64,000 nt of DNA from Bacillota bacterium. Its GTDB lineage: Bacteria > Bacillota > Clostridia > DUPQ01. The position numbers were made by a program, and so were the translations under genes. Under the pieces are notes generated by a model. The model did no database searches. It was not told the origin of the DNA and saw only the letters and a program-made list of their open reading frames with translations. Numbering within the stretch: the first letter of the stretch is position 1; every line of letters starts with the position of its first letter. Below are positions 51,012 through 59,671 of this stretch, piece after piece. The stretch is taken from contig DAINQB010000001.1 in the NCBI GenBank assembly GCA_036743175.1, positions 69,135 to 133,134 on the forward strand, read 5' to 3'.

Positions 51012-51554
51012 TCAGGCGAAGAAGTCGTCGTTTTCCTTTGAATCCTCTGCTTGCGCAGAAGCTTCGTATGCCGCTTCACTGCTATTTGCTTCTTCTGTAA
51101 CTTCTTCCTCTGAACTGTTCCAGCCTTCATCAAGGATTATATTATTGACCGCCTCACTGTAACTGCTGAGGATGACAGCTGCATCAGCCTTCATCTTCAT
51201 CAGCTGCTTCCTGATGTCAACAATCTTCTCCCGCTCCCTTTCAGCTGCTGCTTCAAGGTCACCTACTTCACGGGCTGCCCGATCCCTCGCTTCGGCCAGT
51301 ATCTGTTCAGCTTTTTCATTGGCCTTGACCAAAGCTCCCGTTATCTTTTCTTTTTCACTCCGGATGGTCTCTTCCTCAAGCTTGAGTTCTTCATACCTGT
51401 CAGTAATTTTCATGAGCTGCTTTGAAACTTTTTCAAGTTCCATATCCTTTGCTGACAACTTTTCCTCGTAATCCTTTATCATGGTTTCGATATATGTATT
51501 GACGGCAGTCTTGTTGAATCCGAACATAGAACCGGGAAATCTTCTTCCAGCCAT
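51012..51554 (-). CDS. DivIVA domain protein
   Basis: Likely start MAGRRFPGSMFGFNK at 51554 behind RBS GGAGGG; the N-terminal DivIVA-like motif is followed by a long coiled-coil. Confidence 0.6.
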   Translation of the reverse strand: MAGRRFPGSMFGFNKTAVNTYIETMIKDYEEKLSAKDMELEKVSKQLMKITDRYEELKLEEETIRSEKEKITGALVKANEKAEQILAEARDRAAREVGDLEAAAEREREKIVDIRKQLMKMKADAAVILSSYSEAVNNIILDEGWNSSEEEVTEEANSSEAAYEASAQAEDSKENDDFFA

Positions 51555-51593
51555 ATCATCCCTCCGATACCCCAAATTGGGTTTACTCAAATA

Positions 51594-51625
51594 TGAAAAA
51601 TTGCATAATGATTCATTATGCAATT
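51594..51625 (-). terminator. Terminator after trxA (perfect 27-bp palindrome)
   Basis: aattgcataatga-t-tcattatgcaatt (13-bp arms) followed on the minus strand by a U-run; 26 nt after the trxA stop and ~45 nt upstream of the divIVA-like start. Confidence 0.55.
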
Positions 51626-51650
51626 CATCATTTTGTGAACATATTATAAA

Positions 51651-51980
51651 CTATAAGCTTGCTGTAATCAAGTCACTGATGACCGATGCAGGCCTCAGAC
51701 CAATGAGTCTTTCCACAATTTCACCATTTTTGAAAAGAAGCATTGTAGGAATATTCATGATTCTGTAATTACCGGCTACATCGGGGCTTTTATCCACATC
51801 CAGCTTGACGAATTTTGCCTTGCCTTCAAACTGATCGGACAATTGTTCGAAGATAGGTGCCAGTGCCCTGCATGGTCCGCACCACTCCGCCCAGAAATCC
51901 ACAAGAACCGGAACGTCGGAATCAAGTACAATTTCCTTGAAATCAGAACTGTTCACTTCAATAACATTTTTGCCTGCCAT
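51651..51980 (-). CDS. trxA: Thioredoxin
   Basis: WAEWCGPCR active site; 109 aa. Confidence 0.95.
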   Translation of the reverse strand: MAGKNVIEVNSSDFKEIVLDSDVPVLVDFWAEWCGPCRALAPIFEQLSDQFEGKAKFVKLDVDKSPDVAGNYRIMNIPTMLLFKNGEIVERLIGLRPASVISDLITASL

Positions 51981-52040
51981 GTTGCAATCCTCCTTAGTAT
52001 ACTAATCGAATGATACCCCATGGATATCATGTCAAACATT

Positions 52041-52919
52041 TCAATGCTCCAGGATACCGAGTGCGTTGGTCCTGCAGATCTTCATATATGCGTCATCGGA
52101 AAGTTTTCCAAGGGCATTCATCTCATCAAGCCAGGATCCGAGCTGAAATTCGACAGATGGTGAACTCACATCTGTTCCATAGAACAATCTGTCCTGGAAT
52201 CGCTCCATGAACCACAGTCCGAAATCAATGTCCCTCATCACGGCATTCTGACCGCTGCCTGCTGACAGATCCCCGAGCAGATTGGGATAGTTCTCAAACA
52301 ACTCCACCAGTCTTCCCGGTTCAACCTTTCCCGCAGGATACTGTCCCCTTGTTTCTTCCGTTACATCCCTGCCTATCTCCGACCAGAAGAACTGGGAATG
52401 TCCCAGTATCCTGAGTCTCGGGTATTTGTCAAGGAGAGCTTCCAGCCTTGGCAGCCCGAGGTCGTCAACTATTCCATAGTAACCGCCCACCTGCGGAGCA
52501 ATATGAATGGTAACAGGCATGTCGCATTTTGCACAATGGTAGAAAAGATTGTCAACAAGAGGGTCATCAATATAGTAATTGAAAGTTACTTCTCCTACGC
52601 CCTTTGCTCCCAGCTTTTTATAGAAATCAAGGAAATATGAAAAATCGGTATCAGGTGAATTCTTTCCCATCGTGGGATGAAGGTTGCAGAACCAGTAGAA
52701 TGTTTCAGGGTAATCCTGTGCAAGCTGGTATGCTTCTTCGTTGGATTGGATATGAAAACCGAACTCCGGGGATATCCCGGTCATAATGACACCCTTTTCT
52801 ATGCCCCAGAGGTCATACTTCTCCCTTATCTGCTCCGGTGAAGCATAATGCTCATTGTTTCTGGGTCTTCTGAGCATCTGCACTGCCCTGGTGTGTACAT
52901 GGATATCGATTTTCTTCAT
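52041..52919 (-). CDS. Amidohydrolase-2 family (TIM-barrel metal-dependent hydrolase)
   Basis: 292 aa with N-terminal IDIHVHT metal-binding motif. Confidence 0.65.
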   Translation of the reverse strand: MKKIDIHVHTRAVQMLRRPRNNEHYASPEQIREKYDLWGIEKGVIMTGISPEFGFHIQSNEEAYQLAQDYPETFYWFCNLHPTMGKNSPDTDFSYFLDFYKKLGAKGVGEVTFNYYIDDPLVDNLFYHCAKCDMPVTIHIAPQVGGYYGIVDDLGLPRLEALLDKYPRLRILGHSQFFWSEIGRDVTEETRGQYPAGKVEPGRLVELFENYPNLLGDLSAGSGQNAVMRDIDFGLWFMERFQDRLFYGTDVSSPSVEFQLGSWLDEMNALGKLSDDAYMKICRTNALGILEH

Positions 52920-53046
52920 TACTGTCCCCTTGATAAAAAGTCTGCCCGGAACTTATTCTAACACATAAATAGCTTTGATTTGTACCATTTATCTGGGATA
53001 TACTACATAAAAAGTGTTTTATGCACGATTGAAAGTGTCAGCTGCA

Positions 53047-54415
53047 AGTCAAGTCCATAATTGTGTGTAAATTCTCCTCCGGAAAAATTCATATTGCTAC
53101 ACCTTCCCGAGGGTTCATGGCCGTGGGTCGGTCTTTTACATAATCATGATATTCTTCCATATTGAAATATTTCCTGCCACTTATCCATTTCTCATGCTGT
53201 TCCATCAGCAATGCTCCCAATAGTCTGATTATTGATTTCTCATTCGGGAATATCCGGATTACACGCTCACGTCTCCTGATTTCCTCATTCAGCCTTTCAA
53301 TGCAGTTTGATGTCCTCAGCCTTTTCCTGTAGTGCTCCGGTAGTGAAAAAACTGCAGTTATATCATCAAATGAATCATCAAGCAGTTTCATGGCCTTTGG
53401 GAACTCCTTCTTGTACCTTGCGACCATATCTGTTTTTCTGACAAGAGCACTGTCTTTGTCTGGTGCATTGTATATGTCAGTGAGATGTGCCTTGACCTCA
53501 GCTTTCCTTGTGTTTGGAACCTTGTCCAGCAGATTCTTTGAAAAGTGGGTCTGGCATCTCTGCCAGGATGCATTATGGAACTGTTTCTTTATTGCATTTA
53601 CAAGCCCCATATGGCTGTCACTTGTCATAATGTCAATGTTTGAAAGACCTCTGTCCTTAAGGGATATGAAAAACTTGTTCCATGACTCTTCGGACTCAGT
53701 GTCATCCACTGCAAATCCTATGATTTCCCTGTGTCCGTCAGTGATAATACCTATAGCTATCATTAGTCCCTTGTTCCTTACTATGTTGTTTTCCCTGGCC
53801 CTTGTGTACAAAGCATCAACTATTACAAAGAGGTAACTCTTATCAAGTGGTCTGTTCCTGAATTCAGCTACGATTGGATCCAGTCCCAGGCAAAGAGCCG
53901 ATACAGTTGATTTGGAGAACTCAGTGCCGCAAAGCTGCTGTGTAATCTCCTTTACCTTTCTTGTAGAGACACCATTGATTACCATTTCCATCATGGATAG
54001 TACCAATGCCTGCTCGCTGCGCTGGTATTCATGGAAGAGCGTGGTAGAGAAGTTTCCGTTTCTCAACCTGGGAATGGCCAGGGTGAGCTGTCCGATGCGC
54101 ACGTTCATGCTTCTGTCCCTCGTACCGTTCCTGTATGCGTTCCTGTCGTCAGATCTCTCATACTTCTGTGCTCCTATTTGTTCAGTTGCCTGAGCGTCCA
54201 AAACCTGGTTCAGGACCTTCTGCACCAGGTTCGCAAATGCCTTGTCTTTTGAATCTCCTGTAAAAAGCCCTTTAATATCTTCTCCATTCAGTGTAATATT
54301 GAATTGAGTCACGGTCTGAGTACCTCCTGTATTATTTATTTGTTATCGATTTAATTATACCGAAGGTCTCAGACTTTTTCTCTGAGTGAATTTACACCAT
54401 TATATGGACTTTATC
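53047..54415 (-). mobile_element. IS256-family insertion sequence, copy 1
   Basis: ~1.37 kb; imperfect terminal inverted repeats GT(C)AAGTCCATAATTGTGTGTAAATTC / GATAAAGTCCATATAATGGTGTAAATTC; encodes a 407-aa mutator-type transposase. Confidence 0.85.
53089..54312 (-). CDS. IS256 family transposase
   Basis: 407 aa with a mutator/IS256-type DDE transposase sequence; identical to the second copy. Confidence 0.9.
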   Translation of the reverse strand: MTQFNITLNGEDIKGLFTGDSKDKAFANLVQKVLNQVLDAQATEQIGAQKYERSDDRNAYRNGTRDRSMNVRIGQLTLAIPRLRNGNFSTTLFHEYQRSEQALVLSMMEMVINGVSTRKVKEITQQLCGTEFSKSTVSALCLGLDPIVAEFRNRPLDKSYLFVIVDALYTRARENNIVRNKGLMIAIGIITDGHREIIGFAVDDTESEESWNKFFISLKDRGLSNIDIMTSDSHMGLVNAIKKQFHNASWQRCQTHFSKNLLDKVPNTRKAEVKAHLTDIYNAPDKDSALVRKTDMVARYKKEFPKAMKLLDDSFDDITAVFSLPEHYRKRLRTSNCIERLNEEIRRRERVIRIFPNEKSIIRLLGALLMEQHEKWISGRKYFNMEEYHDYVKDRPTAMNPREGVAI

Positions 54416-54452
54416 AATATTAACAGTTAAAATAATCTATGCAATTAAATAC

Positions 54453-54764
54453 TTAGGCAAAAAAGTATACTATATCAGCATAACAATAATTTAAATCTAC
54501 TCCGTATACTTTATTAGTAATAGCAGTTGCGACTTCATATCCTTCAGAGTATCCTTGTCCTAAATGCTCTCCATAAGGACCGAAGAGATCTACCGCCACA
54601 TAAATATACTCATCATCACAATCCACTGTACCCCATCCACGACACCAAGTTGGATTATATCCACCATAAACACCGTAATCCACATCAAGCGCAAACACCG
54701 ATCCAACTACTGTAAATGAAAGTAACAATACAATAATCAGAATAATTCCTATTCTTTGTTTCAT
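54453..54764 (-). CDS. Small secreted Tyr/Trp/Gly-rich protein (paralog 1), unknown family
   Basis: 103 aa with signal peptide ending VFA; mature ~78 aa with 3 Cys; C-terminal motif EGYEVATA...VYGVDLNYCY shared with paralog 2; RBS AAAGGGGAAAGAG. Confidence 0.6.
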   Translation of the reverse strand: MKQRIGIILIIVLLLSFTVVGSVFALDVDYGVYGGYNPTWCRGWGTVDCDDEYIYVAVDLFGPYGEHLGQGYSEGYEVATAITNKVYGVDLNYCYADIVYFFA

Positions 54765-54820
54765 TCTCTTTCCCCTTTCAAAATAATAACACTTGAAACA
54801 TTGCTATCATCTATACCACT

Positions 54821-56395
54821 TTAATTTGATCTATAATTATATGTTGTAGTTTTTCCCATCCTTCCATTTATTTCCTCTAAAACTGATACCGCACCCATTC
54901 GGATAAAGTTTGTCTTATATTGCTTTATTGAGTCCTCAAGAAGAATATTTGAATCCAGAAAAGCTTCAATCCCATTAACATCATTAAATCTAAAATAACC
55001 AGCTTCAACATTAGTTGATCTAGTAAAAATCTGATTAAACACATTCTGTACATAAATCATACTACTTCTTAATGATTCAATTTTCTGCAGGCTCTCACCA
55101 TTATACGATAAGCCTTGTGATATTAAGCTGTTTGGTTTGATTGGTTTTAAGTCAGTAAAATTTCCTTTTTCAGGTAAAAAGGTATAAATCTCATCATTTA
55201 TTATTCTGTAATCAATGTTCTCAATACCAAAAGTAAAATCTAATGAGTAATCATCATCTGTAAAAATATTGTTGAATAAATACACCGTTTCATTAATATT
55301 TTCGATGTTTTTAGGGAACAAATAGAATGACAAATCACTTCGCACCTCACATACAAATTTGTCATTAATCCCTGTTAAACAGTACCCATTAACACTGTTA
55401 TATTGCTTATCTTCATTATAGAGATATAGATTAAAATCATCCGAGTTTGCCGAATATATATAACGATACTCTGAGGCAAAATCCTTGCTAATATTGTCTA
55501 AGTTCTCGATAAATACATTTCTTGTTTGGTCAATTGCAGGGTCAAACATATATCTATATCCATATATTGCCATCAAGTCTTCTCCGATTAAATTCCTGAG
55601 AAATTCGAGGGCTTCCTGTGAATTGTCAGAAAATACACCATCCTCAAAAGAATCCGTGAGAGGATTAAATGAAACTGTTGTATTAAATTCAGTGTTAAAA
55701 TAAACTCCATATGCGCGCATAATATCAGATGTACTTTGCGCTAAATATGGCCTACTTATACACAATGGATAATATAATAATTCCCCTTCATAATTATCCT
55801 TGCTCCTGCGAAGGTAGTCATAAAACTCGCTTAAGGTTTCTGGGACATTTAGATTAAGTTTGTTGAGAATTTCAGCATTGTAATAACGAGGAACAGCATA
55901 TTTATTTTCTATGGTTGGTACAGCATATATTGCTCCATCTATCGTTAGTGCATCAATGTAATCACCGTTGACATACTGGTCCCATCCATAGTACTCATAA
56001 TAATCGCTTAAGTCGTAAGCCAAATGTGCTTTACTGTAGTCAAGAATGTCTGTATTGAATTGATATACTTGTCCTCTTTGGTAGCTTAAATATAAAATGC
56101 CTGTGGGATCTACTTCAAGAAGATTTTCTGGGCTAATTCCTGAATAATCAATATAAATCTCCTTATCAAATTTTTCTTTTATATATTTTTGCCAGTTATC
56201 AATGGCTTCATAATCTCCCCATTTATATACAGGGTAGATAATTGACAAGTTATTGATATATTCACTAGGAACCACATTTTTATCCTCAACATTTACATTA
56301 GGTATTTTAGTAATATCGGGATTTTGTTCTTTACTGCCACAAGCAACCATTGATACAATAATGACCAATATAATATATATTAATACTTTTTTCAC
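54821..56395 (-). CDS. Orphan extracellular solute-binding-like lipoprotein (SBP family 1, LplA/YesO-like)
   Basis: 524 aa; GTG start behind GGAGG; lipoprotein signal VSMVAC; IDGAIYAVP motif typical of sugar SBPs; no permease or ATPase genes adjacent. Confidence 0.6.
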   Translation of the reverse strand: MKKVLIYIILVIIVSMVACGSKEQNPDITKIPNVNVEDKNVVPSEYINNLSIIYPVYKWGDYEAIDNWQKYIKEKFDKEIYIDYSGISPENLLEVDPTGILYLSYQRGQVYQFNTDILDYSKAHLAYDLSDYYEYYGWDQYVNGDYIDALTIDGAIYAVPTIENKYAVPRYYNAEILNKLNLNVPETLSEFYDYLRRSKDNYEGELLYYPLCISRPYLAQSTSDIMRAYGVYFNTEFNTTVSFNPLTDSFEDGVFSDNSQEALEFLRNLIGEDLMAIYGYRYMFDPAIDQTRNVFIENLDNISKDFASEYRYIYSANSDDFNLYLYNEDKQYNSVNGYCLTGINDKFVCEVRSDLSFYLFPKNIENINETVYLFNNIFTDDDYSLDFTFGIENIDYRIINDEIYTFLPEKGNFTDLKPIKPNSLISQGLSYNGESLQKIESLRSSMIYVQNVFNQIFTRSTNVEAGYFRFNDVNGIEAFLDSNILLEDSIKQYKTNFIRMGAVSVLEEINGRMGKTTTYNYRSN

Positions 56396-56435
56396 TCATT
56401 GCCTCCACTAAAATATTGATGGTAGCATAGAATTA

Positions 56436-56765
56436 TTATTTAAACATCCAATATGGGGCATTTACATAACAATAGTTAGGGTCATACCCCCAAACCCTAG
56501 GTGTATCTGCCGTAGCCCATCCAAAGCCTTCGCCATCATCCTGAGCTAATAACCAATTAGAACCAACCAGTCTTAGTTCTGCTGTTATATATATGTAGTA
56601 ACTTGGGAAATAACCTATTTCTGCCCATCCAGCTACCCAATAATCATCTTCGACTTGGTCATATGCGCCATAAGCCCAAAAGTGATATCCATCTGTTGCA
56701 GAAACTGTCGACATAAAAGAAAACACAACAGCAATCAAAATAAACAATATTAATATTTTTTTCAT
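56436..56765 (-). CDS. Small secreted Tyr/Trp/Gly-rich protein (paralog 2), unknown family
   Basis: Track ORF starts at a TTG (56783); the likely start is ATG MKKILILF at 56765 behind RBS GAGAGAAGGGG. Signal peptide ends VSA; mature ~86 aa; C-terminus EGFGWATAD...VWGYDPNYCY is homologous to paralog 1. Confidence 0.6.
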   Translation of the reverse strand: MKKILILFILIAVVFSFMSTVSATDGYHFWAYGAYDQVEDDYWVAGWAEIGYFPSYYIYITAELRLVGSNWLLAQDDGEGFGWATADTPRVWGYDPNYCYVNAPYWMFK

Positions 56766-57359
56766 ATTTTCCCCTTCTCTCAATTTGCTTTTATTTCTAT
56801 ACTACCACCATTTATAGTATAGCGTATGATTACTTACTAGTCAATTAATTTTATTTCTTCTGTTTCTAAACGAAAGATGATATCTAATAAGTGTATTTTT
56901 ACTCCTTATGACAAGTGTAATACTCCTCCCATATGTTCATTTTTTGAAAATTAACTAGAATCCTTCGATTTAATTTAGTGTCCAAGCCCTTTATCCGTAT
57001 TCACCTTCTAAGATTCTAAATCTTACAATGACTGTAAATTTATATAGGCCATATTCATATGAACTTTTAATACAATTAACTTATAAAAAAACACTCTTAT
57101 TATAGGAATCTCCAGATAAGAGTTAGTAATGGTGGTGCGCTGATAATCTTATCCTACGTTTCAGTTCGAAAAAGTACAAATAGCAAATAGCATCAGACAC
57201 TGTTTCATGCCCTAATCCTATTAATTAGCCAGAAAATATAGAAATCAGTTTTAAACTTACTATTATTTTTAAAGCTATTGTATTTTAACGTATATATATC
57301 TATAATTATATTGAATTTATTTTACATTGACTACCATTTCTTTATAACGAGGAATAAAT

Positions 57360-58725
57360 AGTTAAGTCCATATTTGTGTGTAAATTCTCCTCCGGAAAAA
57401 TTCATATTGCTACACCTTCCCGAGGGTTCATGGCCGTGGGTCGGTCTTTTACATAATCATGATATTCTTCCATATTGAAATATTTCCTGCCACTTATCCA
57501 TTTCTCATGCTGTTCCATCAGCAATGCTCCCAATAGTCTGATTATTGATTTCTCATTCGGGAATATCCGGATTACACGCTCACGTCTCCTGATTTCCTCA
57601 TTCAGCCTTTCAATGCAGTTTGATGTCCTCAGCCTTTTCCTGTAGTGCTCCGGTAGTGAAAAAACTGCAGTTATATCATCAAATGAATCATCAAGCAGTT
57701 TCATGGCCTTTGGGAACTCCTTCTTGTACCTTGCGACCATATCTGTTTTTCTGACAAGAGCACTGTCTTTGTCTGGTGCATTGTATATGTCAGTGAGATG
57801 TGCCTTGACCTCAGCTTTCCTTGTGTTTGGAACCTTGTCCAGCAGATTCTTTGAAAAGTGGGTCTGGCATCTCTGCCAGGATGCATTATGGAACTGTTTC
57901 TTTATTGCATTTACAAGCCCCATATGGCTGTCACTTGTCATAATGTCAATGTTTGAAAGACCTCTGTCCTTAAGGGATATGAAAAACTTGTTCCATGACT
58001 CTTCGGACTCAGTGTCATCCACTGCAAATCCTATGATTTCCCTGTGTCCGTCAGTGATAATACCTATAGCTATCATTAGTCCCTTGTTCCTTACTATGTT
58101 GTTTTCCCTGGCCCTTGTGTACAAAGCATCAACTATTACAAAGAGGTAACTCTTATCAAGTGGTCTGTTCCTGAATTCAGCTACGATTGGATCCAGTCCC
58201 AGGCAAAGAGCCGATACAGTTGATTTGGAGAACTCAGTGCCGCAAAGCTGCTGTGTAATCTCCTTTACCTTTCTTGTAGAGACACCATTGATTACCATTT
58301 CCATCATGGATAGTACCAATGCCTGCTCGCTGCGCTGGTATTCATGGAAGAGCGTGGTAGAGAAGTTTCCGTTTCTCAACCTGGGAATGGCCAGGGTGAG
58401 CTGTCCGATGCGCACGTTCATGCTTCTGTCCCTCGTACCGTTCCTGTATGCGTTCCTGTCGTCAGATCTCTCATACTTCTGTGCTCCTATTTGTTCAGTT
58501 GCCTGAGCGTCCAAAACCTGGTTCAGGACCTTCTGCACCAGGTTCGCAAATGCCTTGTCTTTTGAATCTCCTGTAAAAAGTCCTTTAATATCTTCTCCAT
58601 TCAGTGTAATATTGAATTGAGTCATGTCTGAGTACCTCCTGTATTTTTGTTTTTTCTCAATTTAATTATACCGAAGGTCTCAGACTTTTCTCTGAGTGAA
58701 TTTACACCATTATATGGACTTTATC
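57360..58725 (-). mobile_element. IS256-family insertion sequence, copy 2
   Basis: Same termini and same orientation as copy 1; the encoded transposase is identical. Confidence 0.85.
57402..58625 (-). CDS. IS256 family transposase
   Basis: Identical 407-aa product to 53089..54312. Confidence 0.9.
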   Translation of the reverse strand: MTQFNITLNGEDIKGLFTGDSKDKAFANLVQKVLNQVLDAQATEQIGAQKYERSDDRNAYRNGTRDRSMNVRIGQLTLAIPRLRNGNFSTTLFHEYQRSEQALVLSMMEMVINGVSTRKVKEITQQLCGTEFSKSTVSALCLGLDPIVAEFRNRPLDKSYLFVIVDALYTRARENNIVRNKGLMIAIGIITDGHREIIGFAVDDTESEESWNKFFISLKDRGLSNIDIMTSDSHMGLVNAIKKQFHNASWQRCQTHFSKNLLDKVPNTRKAEVKAHLTDIYNAPDKDSALVRKTDMVARYKKEFPKAMKLLDDSFDDITAVFSLPEHYRKRLRTSNCIERLNEEIRRRERVIRIFPNEKSIIRLLGALLMEQHEKWISGRKYFNMEEYHDYVKDRPTAMNPREGVAI

Positions 58726-58756
58726 CAGCTGCATTAAATACTTTAAGAGGTGACAC

Positions 58757-59671
58757 ATGAAAAGATATCCGGCAGTAATAATGGCAACGGCAGTAATACC
58801 CTGGGACAATGATTATAAATTCATCCGGGATAGTTTCACAAGGCAGGTTGAGCACCTGTGCAACAATGGAATCAAAAACATCTACCTGTTCGGAACCGCC
58901 GGAGAAGGTCATGCGGTCAGCAACAGACAATTCAGTGAAATCACTGCATGCTTCAAGGACCTGTCCGGAAGCCTGGGTTTCACACCCATGGTGGGGCTGA
59001 TTGACCTTTCAGTGCATAGAATGCTTGAAAAACTGGATATTGCATATTCCATGGGAATCCGTGAATACCAGTTTTCCCTTCCTTCATGGGGAAGCCTGAA
59101 CGACAAGGAAGTGGATGACTTCTTTGATGTATTGCTGGGCTCCCGGCCTGACTGCCTGTTCCTCAATTATAATCTCAGCCGGACAAAGCGATTCCTGGAA
59201 CCTTCGGAATTGTTCCGGCAGGCTGAAAAACACAATAATTTTGCAGCAGTTAAATATACCAGAGGTTTGCCTGAAGACTTCATCGCCATAGCAGAATCCA
59301 ATACACCGCTCCAATTCTTTGTAACAGAAAAGAATTTCATGGAATTGTCACGGCTCACTGAGTGCGGTCTTCTTATGTCCGTGGGTAATTCAGACCTTAG
59401 GCGTGCAGTACAATTGGTCAGGCTGTGTATGACGGGCAGACATGACGAAGCGCAGGTCCACTTTGATGTCTTCATGAAGATTCGGGACGAATTACTGAAA
59501 GCCGTTGATTTTCCGGCCATCGACAGTGCTTATGATAAGTTATTTACAAAACTCGAGATTGAAGATTTCCCGTTGAGACTGCTGCCACCCTACCAATATA
59601 CGACTGATGAGGCTTTTGGGATTTTCAGGGATGCTGCAGCTTCAATCCTTGGCCAGAACCCTTTGGATTGA
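58757..59671 (+). CDS. DapA/NAL-family class I aldolase (dihydrodipicolinate synthase-like)
   Basis: 304 aa; LFGTAGEGHAVS matches the DapA-family GTTGE region. Starts 24 nt after the transposon TSD. Confidence 0.6.
   Translation: MKRYPAVIMATAVIPWDNDYKFIRDSFTRQVEHLCNNGIKNIYLFGTAGEGHAVSNRQFSEITACFKDLSGSLGFTPMVGLIDLSVHRMLEKLDIAYSMGIREYQFSLPSWGSLNDKEVDDFFDVLLGSRPDCLFLNYNLSRTKRFLEPSELFRQAEKHNNFAAVKYTRGLPEDFIAIAESNTPLQFFVTEKNFMELSRLTECGLLMSVGNSDLRRAVQLVRLCMTGRHDEAQVHFDVFMKIRDELLKAVDFPAIDSAYDKLFTKLEIEDFPLRLLPPYQYTTDEAFGIFRDAAASILGQNPLD

Larger units (their letters stand above)
53039..58733 (-). mobile_element. IS256 composite transposon (IS - AT-rich 3-gene cargo - IS) with 8-bp target-site duplication CAGCTGCA
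   Basis: CAGCTGCA occurs immediately outside the left end of copy 1 (53039-53046) and immediately outside the right end of copy 2 (58726-58733). The inner junctions do not match. The cargo GC content is visibly lower (~25-30%) than the flanking sequence. Confidence 0.75.

Noticed and set aside
50951-51133. 60-aa Lys/Arg-rich ORF between the lrp-like and divIVA-like genes
   Set aside because: It overlaps the 3' end of the divIVA-like gene in another frame, has no RBS, and its composition looks like a frame artefact of the Glu/Lys-rich coiled-coil coding region.
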